Shown here one piece after another: positions 20,301 through 29,705 of a stretch of 64,000 bases of DNA. This DNA is from Reclinomonas americana ATCC 50394 (Eukaryota). The position numbers and the translations under genes were made by a program. The stretch is from assembly GCA_048213135.1 (NCBI GenBank), contig PS015010.1, positions 1,922,001 through 1,986,000 of the forward strand, in the 5' to 3' direction. The notes under the pieces are model-generated. The model was not told the origin of the DNA and made no database searches. It saw nothing but the letters and a program-made list of their open reading frames with translations. Position 1 is the first letter of the stretch; the number at the start of each line of letters is the position of its first letter.

Positions 20301-23012
20301 ATGAGAACGATTGTCATCTTTTTGATTGCCTGCTTTTTAACAACAGCAGGTCGTGCGCAGATCACTTACTATTGGGTAGGTGGCACCGCTGCAGCCAGTA
20401 ATTTCACCACAAACAGCAACTGGAATACCGTGAAAGGGAGCAATTCCGCTGCAACACAACGCACCGCTGCGGCGAATACCGATATCCTGGTCTTTGACGG
20501 GTCGGATTATGGAGGCGGCGTCACCACGGGTACTGCCACCGCCAACATCACTTCCACTACCTGTGGCCAGTTGCGTTTACAGAACGCTGCCAATGTCAAC
20601 ATCCAGCGTAACGGAACCGGCAGCGGCACGCTTACCATTGCAGGTGGTACCGGCGATGATCTTAGTGTAACCGTTACCGATAGTCTTACATTATCCAGTA
20701 ACGATCCTGCCGGTTCGGCCATCATTCTTATCCAGTCGGGCAATACAGGCAATATTGCCGGTAAGGTGAACATCACAAATGGCGGGTGCCGTATCGGGTG
20801 TATGACGGCTGCGGGTGTACAGGTAGAGTATGGCGCCATCGTGTATACCAATGTAACCGCATCGGGGGCATATCCTTTCGGAGGATCCGCGGCACAGGCG
20901 GCTGACAAAGCCATTACCTTCAAATCCGGTTCCACAGCGATCCTCAAAGGAGGTAACAGCCTGTTTGGTAACACCAGCACTTTCAACCCGGTGGTATTCC
21001 AGACCGGCAGCACCGCGGTTTTTGAAGCCGCCAACCCGGTGGGCATGTTCAACAACCGCACTTATGCCAATGTGATTGTCCGCCCTTTGTCAAGCGCACC
21101 GGCTACGCCTGTTACCGTTACGGTTGACGGCACTTTCTACAATATAGATACACTGACCATCGCTCCGCTGGCCACTTTCAACCTGCGTGCTTCCGGCACT
21201 TCACCGGTTGCAGGCGATATCATCAATAACGGTACTTTCGGATCGGCTACGCCTATTCTCACGTCTAACCTGGTAATGGATGGTATTGTTCCCCAGCAGA
21301 TCAAAGGATCGGGCACCTTCACCGACCTGGGTGGGCTTTCCGTCGCAACAGGCGCCAGTGTTACATTGCAGCATTCACTTGTTCTTAATGGCTCCACTAC
21401 TTCATCAGTTACAGGCGCACTCAACCTGCAACAGTATACACTTACCGGCAGCGCCAATTTCCAGTTTCGCGGCGCAGCGGTTACTACCTATACGGCCAAT
21501 ACCATTGCAGGCGATTACAGCGTTACCAGCGTATCGAACGTAAGCGGTATCGCCATTGGATTGCTGGTAACCGGACCTGGCATCGCTGCTGATACTTATA
21601 TCATCGGCACCAATACAGCCGGGATGAGTTACACACTCTCCAAACCAGCCACAGCAACCGCTACAGGCGTAACCTTAACTTCCACCGGTAATCCCGCTAC
21701 CTGCGAGATCGCCAACAGTGGTGGTGTTGACGCGTCTGTTGCCACTACCGGCTCCACCCGCAGTTTCGGGTCTACCACCAACTATATTTTCAACAGCGCC
21801 ACCACAACGCCCTTCAGCGACATTTCAAATCCCAATTCCTCGGCGGGTTGCCGCAACGTTACCGTTAACGCGGCTGTTACCACCAACAGGCTGATCACTG
21901 TAGCCGGCGCCCTTACACTCAACAATAATAAACTTACTGTAAGGGCTACCGACACGGTACGCATCCTCACTTCAGGAAGTATTGGCGGCACCATCAACAG
22001 CAACAGCTACATTGTTACCGAAGAACTGGGACATGACCTGGGCATGGTGAGAATAGATACATTCAGCGCTCCAATTACCTTCCCGGTTGGCACGCCGTCT
22101 TATTACATGCCTGTGCTGGTAAGCCCTTTGACAGCTTCCACTTTCGCGGTAGGCGTATACCAGGGTGTTACTGAAGATGGCAGCCCGGATGGAACCCCAT
22201 TCAGCGCGGCGAAAAAGATGTCGGTCGTAGATGCGACCTGGTATATCAACAGGCTGACCAGCAATACGGATCTCGCTACCATTAACGTCAGCTGGCCGCA
22301 GGTATTGGAGGGCTCCGATTTTACGGCTTATCCTGATGCCAACGTAGGCATATCGCGGTATAATGGCAGCGCATGGACCGTGACCGGCGGTGTAGGTGAC
22401 AACACGAATAATAATGCCAGTGCGGATTTCAGCAATTTCTCTCCCTTTGGCGTGGGTAAGGCCGGAAGCGTGTTACCTGTTCAGTTGGTGGCCTTCGACG
22501 CCACAGCACAAAACCAGTCGGTTGTACTGAGCTGGGAGATCAGCGATGAAAGCGGGATCAGCAGGTATATTCCTGAAAAATCCGCAGACGGACGCAACTT
22601 CACCCCGGTAACAGAACTAACGGCTTCCAATAAACGAAATTATACATTTACCGATACCTATCCCCTGGCAGGCATCTCCTATTACCGGTTAAAGATAGCC
22701 GGAACGGGCAACTACACTTATTCACAGGTGGTAAAGGTGGGCAGTTCCACCAGTGCGCCCGGAATAAAGATCACACCGAATATCATTACAGGCCGCGAAA
22801 TTGTGGTAAGGATGAACAAATGGGAAAAAGGACCAGTCGCCTTCCGCGTGATCAACAATGCAGGACAGGTAGTTAGTTCGCAAGCGTTTACCTACGACGG
22901 TTACAGTGGCCTGGCCAGGCTTGCCTTACCGGCAGGACTTGCCCCCGGACTATACCGGTTACAGTTCACTGGAACGTCAAACCAGGCGCAGGGAAATTTC
23001 GTAATTCAATAA
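20301..23012 (+). CDS. T9SS-secreted beta-strand-rich hypothetical (adhesin-like) protein
   Basis: Signal peptide RAQ, YYWVGG..NW N-terminus, Thr/Gly/Asn-rich passenger, FSPFG, LPVQLVAF linker, ITPN...LAPGLYRL C-terminal sorting domain. Confidence 0.78.
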   Translation: MRTIVIFLIACFLTTAGRAQITYYWVGGTAAASNFTTNSNWNTVKGSNSAATQRTAAANTDILVFDGSDYGGGVTTGTATANITSTTCGQLRLQNAANVNIQRNGTGSGTLTIAGGTGDDLSVTVTDSLTLSSNDPAGSAIILIQSGNTGNIAGKVNITNGGCRIGCMTAAGVQVEYGAIVYTNVTASGAYPFGGSAAQAADKAITFKSGSTAILKGGNSLFGNTSTFNPVVFQTGSTAVFEAANPVGMFNNRTYANVIVRPLSSAPATPVTVTVDGTFYNIDTLTIAPLATFNLRASGTSPVAGDIINNGTFGSATPILTSNLVMDGIVPQQIKGSGTFTDLGGLSVATGASVTLQHSLVLNGSTTSSVTGALNLQQYTLTGSANFQFRGAAVTTYTANTIAGDYSVTSVSNVSGIAIGLLVTGPGIAADTYIIGTNTAGMSYTLSKPATATATGVTLTSTGNPATCEIANSGGVDASVATTGSTRSFGSTTNYIFNSATTTPFSDISNPNSSAGCRNVTVNAAVTTNRLITVAGALTLNNNKLTVRATDTVRILTSGSIGGTINSNSYIVTEELGHDLGMVRIDTFSAPITFPVGTPSYYMPVLVSPLTASTFAVGVYQGVTEDGSPDGTPFSAAKKMSVVDATWYINRLTSNTDLATINVSWPQVLEGSDFTAYPDANVGISRYNGSAWTVTGGVGDNTNNNASADFSNFSPFGVGKAGSVLPVQLVAFDATAQNQSVVLSWEISDESGISRYIPEKSADGRNFTPVTELTASNKRNYTFTDTYPLAGISYYRLKIAGTGNYTYSQVVKVGSSTSAPGIKITPNIITGREIVVRMNKWEKGPVAFRVINNAGQVVSSQAFTYDGYSGLARLALPAGLAPGLYRLQFTGTSNQAQGNFVIQ

Positions 23013-23068
23013 TCAAAGCGGTACGGTTATTGTTTTGTAATACAAGGATTCGGATTTTATCATGTGCG

Positions 23069-23098
23069 AACGCCCGGGCATATTGCCGGGCGTTTTTT
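23069..23098. terminator. Terminator between convergent T9SS gene and eCIS operon
   Basis: AACGCCCGG-loop-CCGGGCGTT followed by TTTT. Confidence 0.75.
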
Positions 23099-23120
23099 CT
23101 ATTTATCAGGAAGGGGCATC

Positions 23121-24563
23121 TTAACCCAGGAAAGGCTTACCTTCTTTACTCAGTTCCCGCTTGATTCCCTGGAGTACATCGTACAGGTAGATCACCAGGC
23201 CATCGTCTTCTTCCGCAACAAGTATTTCCTTTGTACCGTTACTACCGGCGTGGCCGTTGCTGCTCATGGTTACCGGGTGCTGTTTTGTTCTGCGTCCCAC
23301 AGCTTTCAAACAGGCATAGTGCACCGCATTAATAATATTGCCGCCGGCCAGTTCATATCCTTTTACCAGGTCAGGAATATCGGCATATTCCCGTTCGGGT
23401 ATTTTGTTGTGATCACGGGGAGGCAGGTTCTTTTCCCATACAGCTTTTTGCGGGAATGAACTTTTCCAGATCATTGCTCTTTCGGCGGCGTCGGGGAACG
23501 GGAATTTGAGGATGGCATTGAACCGTCGCATGAAAGCATCATCAATATTGTTCTTCATATTCGTGGCCAGGATGATAAGGCCATTATAATTTTCGATACG
23601 CTGCAACAGGTACGACACTTCCTGGTTAGCATACTTATCATGCGCATCCCTTACATTGGTCCGTTTACCAAACAGCGCATCCGCCTCATCGAAAAACAAT
23701 ATCCATCCTTTATCTTCCGCTCTTGCAAAAAGCAATTCCAGGTTTTTCTCCGTTTCACCGATGTATTTCGATACGATCATCGACAAGTCGACTTTGTATA
23801 CATCCCTGCCGATTTCATTGCCCAGTAACCCGGCAGTGAGGGTTTTACCCGTACCCGGTGGACCATGAAACAGCGCCCGGAAGCCTTTTTTCAGCCTGTC
23901 CTGCATTCCCCATTTACTCATTAACTCCTCATTGTAATGCAGCCAGCTGGCGATCTCTCCTATCTGTTTCTGTAACTCGTCATTGATCACCAATGCATCC
24001 CATCCTCTTTTTTCCACGATATGCTGTGCAGGAAAATTGATACTGAAATGCGGAGGCGTTGGTTTTCCCAGCGTGAACGTATCTATATAATCCTGTGACA
24101 GAATAACACGTCCGCTCATGGCAGGTTCTCCTGCCGGTAATTCTTCCAGCCACGCGATCTTTTTCTGAGCAAACAAATGACGGGAACCAAACAGCTGCTG
24201 TATATCCATCCGCGATTCCAGTGTATTGCCGGAAAGCAGGAACAGTATGGTTTCACCCGTAGGCAGGAAGGTCCGGGAATTTTTCCCCCGCATGCCTCCC
24301 AGTTTGGGAAAATTGCCCGATTCCGGCAGGCGGAATTCAACTACCCTGTCAAACAGGTCGGGTTGCAAGTGCGGCACCAGGGCCACCAGCAGCAAAATGG
24401 CTTCATCTTTACTCAGTTGATGCTTAACGACAAAGTTTTTCAGTGGCAACGTCCACTCCTCCAGTTGCGGGATAACCGGCTCCGGCACCTGTTCTTCAGT
24501 AGGAAAATAATGCGACAGTTTATAGATGATCAATTCTTCGAGGTATTTGAATTCCCGGATCAT
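23121..24563 (-). CDS. eCIS AAA+ ATPase (Afp15/Pvc15-like)
   Basis: GPPGTGKT, VDLSMIVSKYIGETEKNL, LFFDEADALFGKR, DKYANQEVSYLLQR, DDAFMRRF; N-domain with LLVALVPH and PTGET. Confidence 0.93.
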   Translation of the reverse strand: MIREFKYLEELIIYKLSHYFPTEEQVPEPVIPQLEEWTLPLKNFVVKHQLSKDEAILLLVALVPHLQPDLFDRVVEFRLPESGNFPKLGGMRGKNSRTFLPTGETILFLLSGNTLESRMDIQQLFGSRHLFAQKKIAWLEELPAGEPAMSGRVILSQDYIDTFTLGKPTPPHFSINFPAQHIVEKRGWDALVINDELQKQIGEIASWLHYNEELMSKWGMQDRLKKGFRALFHGPPGTGKTLTAGLLGNEIGRDVYKVDLSMIVSKYIGETEKNLELLFARAEDKGWILFFDEADALFGKRTNVRDAHDKYANQEVSYLLQRIENYNGLIILATNMKNNIDDAFMRRFNAILKFPFPDAAERAMIWKSSFPQKAVWEKNLPPRDHNKIPEREYADIPDLVKGYELAGGNIINAVHYACLKAVGRRTKQHPVTMSSNGHAGSNGTKEILVAEEDDGLVIYLYDVLQGIKRELSKEGKPFLG

Positions 24564-24601
24564 GGTATCTTTTTTACTCGTTACAGAAATTATTTCGGCG
24601 C

Positions 24602-25291
24602 TTACTTATCATCGTTCTTCTTTTTCCCGGCGTGCCCCTGCTGCACCACATGTGTCAATTCATGCGCCAGCAGGTGTTTGCCCTCGCTGCTGCCGGGGTC
24701 ATATTTATGTTCATTGAAATACACATCACTGCCATGAGTAAATGCCTGTGCCGACAGTTCCTTGTTCATACTTACCGATTCCGCGTCGGTATGCACTTTC
24801 ACCTGGCTGAAGTCGGCATGAAAAGAATTCCCCATTTCGGCAAGTGTTGAAGAAGACAGCGATTCTCCTTTTCCCGAACTGTTCTGTATCCGGCTGCCCA
24901 GGGCCGGGGATGCCGTTTGACCACCACTGTCATTTTTCCGCTGCACTTCCGGCTTCTCCTGTATTTCCTTGTCGCGAAGCATACGGGCATCGTTGGTTCC
25001 CGCTTTTTCATCCTCTTTATCTGTAGCCAGCCTTTGAATACTGTTGTCTTCTTCTTTTTGCTGTATACCTGCAACACCCGACGCCTGGCTCACTACCTTA
25101 TCCGCCATCTGGTCGGCTTCTTTTTCATACGCGTCACCGGGCTGACCAATCTCCAGCTTGGTTTGGAAGAAGGCACCGTTCTCTTTCCTTGTTTCCTTAC
25201 TGAAAAAAGGCGAGCCCTGTTCTTCCTGCTCTTCCCGGTCGCTGTGCGCTTTACCCGGGTTCTGCGATTCGTAACTGCTGCTTCTCATCAT
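24602..25291 (-). CDS. Minimal DUF4157 (eCIS core, HExxH) protein without payload
   Basis: QTKLEIGQPGDAYEKEAD, DFSQVKVHTD, AQAFTHGSDVYF, LLAHELTHVVQQ; ends 10 aa after QQ. Confidence 0.88.
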   Translation of the reverse strand: MMRSSSYESQNPGKAHSDREEQEEQGSPFFSKETRKENGAFFQTKLEIGQPGDAYEKEADQMADKVVSQASGVAGIQQKEEDNSIQRLATDKEDEKAGTNDARMLRDKEIQEKPEVQRKNDSGGQTASPALGSRIQNSSGKGESLSSSTLAEMGNSFHADFSQVKVHTDAESVSMNKELSAQAFTHGSDVYFNEHKYDPGSSEGKHLLAHELTHVVQQGHAGKKKNDDK

Positions 25292-25320
25292 GTGTTCAGT
25301 TTTATGGTGGTCAATAATTT

Positions 25321-26094
25321 TTATTTAACGGTTTTTTCCACGAATTCCAATGCCAGGTTATAGTAGTCTTCTGCTCCGTGCGAATGTTTATCAAAGTTGA
25401 AGATATCGGTACCTGCTTCCTGCGCTTTGGCCAGTTGTATGTTGGAACGTATATGCGTGCGGAACACTTTATCACCAAAGGCAGTTTCCAGTTCCTGTGA
25501 TACATTCCTGTTCATGGTTCTGCGTTCGTCGTAGCGGGTAAGTACAAAACCAATAATGTCCAGTTTTTTATTGAGTTTACTTTTAATGTTATTGAAGTGC
25601 TGCATAAAACTCATCAGCCCTTTCATGGGCAGGAACTCGGCCTGCAGCGGCATGAGTACATAATCGCTGGCAACCAGCGCGTTCACCGTAAGCATACCTA
25701 CTGCGGGCGGGCAATCGATGAGGATATAATCATATTTTCCTTTCAGTGGTTCCAGCATCCAGGTCAGCATCTGTTCCCTGCCATACACACTTACCAGTTC
25801 CAGTTCGGCCCCTGCCAGTTCAATGGAGGAAGGCACAATAGCGAGACCGCTTGCTGTTGTTATTACCGCTTCGCGAAGATCCCCGCTTTCACCACTGATC
25901 TCTTTTTTCAATACCGAATACAGGTTCAATGCAGGTTCCTCGGCAATGCCCAGTGATTGCGACAGGTTGGCCTGCGGGTCGGCATCAACCAGCAAAACTG
26001 TCTTTCCCTGTTGTCGGAGAGCACCAGCCAGGTTAAGGGCTGTGGTGGTTTTACCCGAACCTCCTTTTTGTATGGCTATAGATACGACTGGCAT
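25321..26094 (-). CDS. ParA/Soj-family ATPase (no adjacent parB)
   Basis: Deviant Walker A QKGGSGKTT, DADPQANL, IDCPP, P-QAEF, basic DERR and IRSN residues. Confidence 0.93.
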   Translation of the reverse strand: MPVVSIAIQKGGSGKTTTALNLAGALRQQGKTVLLVDADPQANLSQSLGIAEEPALNLYSVLKKEISGESGDLREAVITTASGLAIVPSSIELAGAELELVSVYGREQMLTWMLEPLKGKYDYILIDCPPAVGMLTVNALVASDYVLMPLQAEFLPMKGLMSFMQHFNNIKSKLNKKLDIIGFVLTRYDERRTMNRNVSQELETAFGDKVFRTHIRSNIQLAKAQEAGTDIFNFDKHSHGAEDYYNLALEFVEKTVK

Positions 26095-26103
26095 AAGCGG
26101 TGA

Positions 26104-27471
26104 TCAGGATTTATCGTTAATGTAAAAAGCAGCTTTCTCCCAGCTTTGTGTTCCGATGAAAGCGCCCAGTTTCTGCCCCAGTTCATTCCCTCTTTTAAAA
26201 TGTATGCCGCCATATACGCCCGACATACCGGCCTGCTCTGCCGCGTCTGTAAACGTTGGCCAGTCGAGTTTTACATCCACACAGGGCACATGGCAGCCCG
26301 GCTCTGTTTTTGAAGAACCTTTGGCAACGGTAAAGCAACCGCCGAATTCATCGCTTCCTGTAAAATGTTTCAGCACGGTTGCGGCGGCGCGGGCAAATGT
26401 ACTTTGAGCGGATACATGCTCAGGATGAGGCGGCGTTGGCAGGTAGGACTGCCATTGCTTTCCTTTGATCGTTTTTGTTCCCTTGCAGGGGCCTGCCCAT
26501 GATTGCACATCATCGTGCTCAAAGAGATAACGTATGGCCGATACAGGACGAACCGAATTGTAGTGATGTTTAGATTCCCAGCAGGCGATTGACGCGTCGA
26601 GCAACGCGTTGCTTAATGCAAAAAATAATTTGATGCAGGGTGTATTTCTTTTTTCGTGACGCAGTACATAGCGGGCAATCTCGCACCAATGACCGGGAGA
26701 AGTAACAGTACCCGGACCGTCGTACCAATATTCCGCGATCGTTTTCTGCTCATCGGTAAGGCAGGCACTGATGTCGAGTATCTCCTGTGCCTGTTCCCTG
26801 AAACCCGCGTCGTGCCTGTTGTATGGCGCTTCCGGCCTGAACTGCCAGTTGTGGTGAAGAGCGAAAGCCCTGACAAGGCCCCAGTGCGGCGTAAGGAATT
26901 CCTGCTGGCAGGCAAGCCCGGGTTTTACCTCTGTTTTTAAAGGCTGCCATTTGCTGATGTTGCGTATTGTGTCGGCCGTATTCACCGGCTGGTAACCCGT
27001 GTAATCGCTCCAGTACGGCATATGCAATGTTCCATAAGCGTTACTGCCATCACCGTTACGGTATTCAATTATACAGCGTGCCGACATATTGCCAATACCC
27101 GCAGGACGATGAATATCGAGTGAAGTATCGTGCGGATCATAACCCAGCCGGCACATAAAATCATGGAACATATTTTTATTTTCGGCGGGCAGTTTCAGGC
27201 AGAAAAGTTCTGCCAGTACACGATAAGCAGCATAGCTAAACGCTTTGCGCACATTTTCCTTACTGCAATGATCACCCTCTGCTTTGATGTACATGGCGGT
27301 TGTTGTGCTGGCAGCCCGGTCGTTGTATACGCTCCACGCATCATACATGGCGGTATGCACCATTGCGAGTGCCCGGGCGGCAATTGGTGCAGGGGTATGG
27401 GTGAGCCGGATGGCGTCGAGTGCCAGCTGGTTCCAGTGTATACTAATGGGCCGCGATGGATCGTATGACAT
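26104..27471 (-). CDS. Vanadium-dependent haloperoxidase/PAP2-fold protein with degenerate active site
   Basis: ARALAMVHTAMYDAW, FLTPHWG, WESKHHYNSVRP, PPHPEHVSAQS (for PxYPSGHS), MSGVYGGIHF (for SRxxGGIHF). Confidence 0.85.
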   Translation of the reverse strand: MSYDPSRPISIHWNQLALDAIRLTHTPAPIAARALAMVHTAMYDAWSVYNDRAASTTTAMYIKAEGDHCSKENVRKAFSYAAYRVLAELFCLKLPAENKNMFHDFMCRLGYDPHDTSLDIHRPAGIGNMSARCIIEYRNGDGSNAYGTLHMPYWSDYTGYQPVNTADTIRNISKWQPLKTEVKPGLACQQEFLTPHWGLVRAFALHHNWQFRPEAPYNRHDAGFREQAQEILDISACLTDEQKTIAEYWYDGPGTVTSPGHWCEIARYVLRHEKRNTPCIKLFFALSNALLDASIACWESKHHYNSVRPVSAIRYLFEHDDVQSWAGPCKGTKTIKGKQWQSYLPTPPHPEHVSAQSTFARAAATVLKHFTGSDEFGGCFTVAKGSSKTEPGCHVPCVDVKLDWPTFTDAAEQAGMSGVYGGIHFKRGNELGQKLGAFIGTQSWEKAAFYINDKS

Positions 27472-27484
27472 ATCAATGGTATTT

Positions 27485-27785
27485 TTATTTGTTATCAACA
27501 GGAAGCAACTTACCGTACCGGTTTATTTTAAGGTCATTCCGGGCCGAAGCTTCGGCTTCTTTTTTAGCAGCTTCTTTTTGGGGTCCTTCGGGAATATTAG
27601 AATAGATGTCGATATCGGGATCATTTTTCTTGTTGTAGTATATTCTGGCCCACGATTTCGCCCTCATCAGGAGGTATGCTTTTATTTTTTCGTCTACTTG
27701 TTCTGCCGTCATCGGTTTCTGATTATCCGTTGCTTCGCCCCAATGCTGGTCTCTCCAGAGTATTTCCGTTTTTCCGCCATTTTTT
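27485..27785 (-). pseudogene. Out-of-frame C-terminal tail of the upstream DUF4157 effector
   Basis: Removing one A from the A6 run at 27780-27785 joins ...GYHSISIIFY to KNGGKTEILWRDQHWG..., giving a 739-aa ORF that ends 13 bp before the next ATG. Confidence 0.7.
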
Positions 27786-29705
27786 ATAGAATATAATGGA
27801 GATGGAATGATAGCCATTTCCGAGCGAGAACAGGAAAGGATGAACGCCGTCCTCTTCTTTCTGCACAATGGCGTTCATTTCTCCGGCAATGGATGAACCC
27901 AGGGTAAGGTCGGAGTTGTTTTCTGGAATACTCATTTCTTTGGGGTAGGTCGCCGCGATCTGCCCGGTCACATTGATGAATTTCTTTTTCTTCATTTCAT
28001 CGATGGTACCGAAAGCCGTATCCTTCATATCGGAGGTATCGATGGTATTGATGCCATATAAGTTCTGCACACCCCTGTTGAAAGTACCGATGCAGGCGCC
28101 GGCACACGAAGAGGCAAACATATTATGACCCTGCAGTTTGGAAAATGAGTCCGGGTGTTTCACACGGTATTCCGCGATCAGCGCTTTCAGTTCCGCCAGT
28201 TTGGGATCCGATTTTTTAGTCATGGTCGTTTCACTGCCTTCCGGGAATATTGCGTTGAACTTGGTGAGTACCCAGGGTTCTGTGAAACTTGTGGCGGAAA
28301 CACTGATCTCGTACACATTCGTTTTCTTTTTATCGATGATCTTATCGACAGGAGCTCCTGTCGTGCCGAGGATATCGATCCTCGCCAGGTCTTGTATCAT
28401 CGTGTTCTGGTTCACTTCACCCCTTACATTGATCACCCTGCCTTTACCGGTTTTTACGGGGCTGTCGATGAGTTCCTGCGACATGGCTTTCTCTGCCGGC
28501 GCTGGTGTTGAACAGCCCGAACACCGTTGCAGCCTGAGTTTTGATTTCATGGCCGGCCGGCTCTCTTTCGTCATTTCACCCGTATTCATTCCGTGCATGC
28601 GGGCGACAGCATCAACAGCAGAATTATCCGCATCCTCTTCCAGCACATTCGTTTGGCTTTGATCGGCAGTTTTGGTTTGCTCCTGCGTAGCGCCACCCTG
28701 CTGCTGCAAAGTATGTGCAAGTTCATGGGCCATTAAAGCATCCCCTACAGGGTCACCGGGCTTGTATTCGCCACTGGCAAACGCAACATGGTTACCTACG
28801 GTAAAGGCGCGGGCATTCATGCCGGCGGATAACTGAGCGGCATTACTGTCCGTATGTATCTCAACTCCTGTAAAACCCGTTCCGAATGCATCTTCCATCT
28901 TCGACCTTGTTCCTGCTTCGAGCGGGCTTCCTTTTCCGAGACTTTGCATTACCGCCTGGGGTGATTGGGCCTGGGCGGTTGCACCCGGTTCGGATTTAAA
29001 GAACATATTGCCAATGCCGGACGCCACATCACTGATCATAGAACCGATACCTGCCGCAGCGCCGGTGAACAGGCTTGAGACTGATGACATGTCGCCACCG
29101 TTCTGCACCCATTGAAGCGCTGCCGTGTATACGCGTACCTTCATGGCCTGGATGAGTCCTTCTGCATTTGTCGCCAGGGCCGCTCCTGGCGCATACCGAA
29201 TGACGAGCGCCTGTATCTGTGCTGCACTGCTGTTCTGGTGTTTTTCAAAAGAAGCACGTATATACGGACAACTGTCTGCTGAAAAAGGTGTGCCCGACAA
29301 AGCCTGGTTTACGGTGGTGCAAACTTCTTCTTTCAGCCGGTTCAGGAATTCCGTTTTGCGCATCTGTCCTTTTTCCGGCGTTTCGGTATCTTCAACAATA
29401 CAGTGCGCTCCTGCAGGTGCAGCCGCAACTGGTCCCGGGGTATCCTGTGCAGCGGGTGGAGTTGGTACATCAGCCGTTCCTTCTTCTGCTCTTTGAATAC
29501 CCGGGGCATCCTTTTTTTGTACCTCTTCGTCTTCCTTCTCACACTGATCGCATTTCCTCTGAACCGTCACCGGTTTGTTTACCGTTCCGGAATTTTTCCC
29601 TCCGCCATTACCGGTAAAAAAAGAATGTTGCCCTCCCTGTTTATTAAAGAAGGGAACATGATCCTGCGCATCCTCGGTTAGTATGTTATTTTTCCTGGCT
29701 TTCAT
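27723..29705 (-). CDS. DUF4157 effector with putative papain-like C-terminal payload (apparently frameshifted)
   Basis: VQRKCDQC; helical domain shared with the 32914 gene; ALMAHELAHTLQQ; LEEDAD; LRLQRC; payload with ACIGTFN and GYHS. Confidence 0.8.
   Translation of the reverse strand: MKARKNNILTEDAQDHVPFFNKQGGQHSFFTGNGGGKNSGTVNKPVTVQRKCDQCEKEDEEVQKKDAPGIQRAEEGTADVPTPPAAQDTPGPVAAAPAGAHCIVEDTETPEKGQMRKTEFLNRLKEEVCTTVNQALSGTPFSADSCPYIRASFEKHQNSSAAQIQALVIRYAPGAALATNAEGLIQAMKVRVYTAALQWVQNGGDMSSVSSLFTGAAAGIGSMISDVASGIGNMFFKSEPGATAQAQSPQAVMQSLGKGSPLEAGTRSKMEDAFGTGFTGVEIHTDSNAAQLSAGMNARAFTVGNHVAFASGEYKPGDPVGDALMAHELAHTLQQQGGATQEQTKTADQSQTNVLEEDADNSAVDAVARMHGMNTGEMTKESRPAMKSKLRLQRCSGCSTPAPAEKAMSQELIDSPVKTGKGRVINVRGEVNQNTMIQDLARIDILGTTGAPVDKIIDKKKTNVYEISVSATSFTEPWVLTKFNAIFPEGSETTMTKKSDPKLAELKALIAEYRVKHPDSFSKLQGHNMFASSCAGACIGTFNRGVQNLYGINTIDTSDMKDTAFGTIDEMKKKKFINVTGQIAATYPKEMSIPENNSDLTLGSSIAGEMNAIVQKEEDGVHPFLFSLGNGYHSISIIFYKKWRKNGNTLERPALGRSNG

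Noticed and set aside
25321-26094. ParA as evidence of a plasmid or chromosome origin
   Set aside because: No parB or rep gene; embedded in the eCIS operon with housekeeping his genes nearby.
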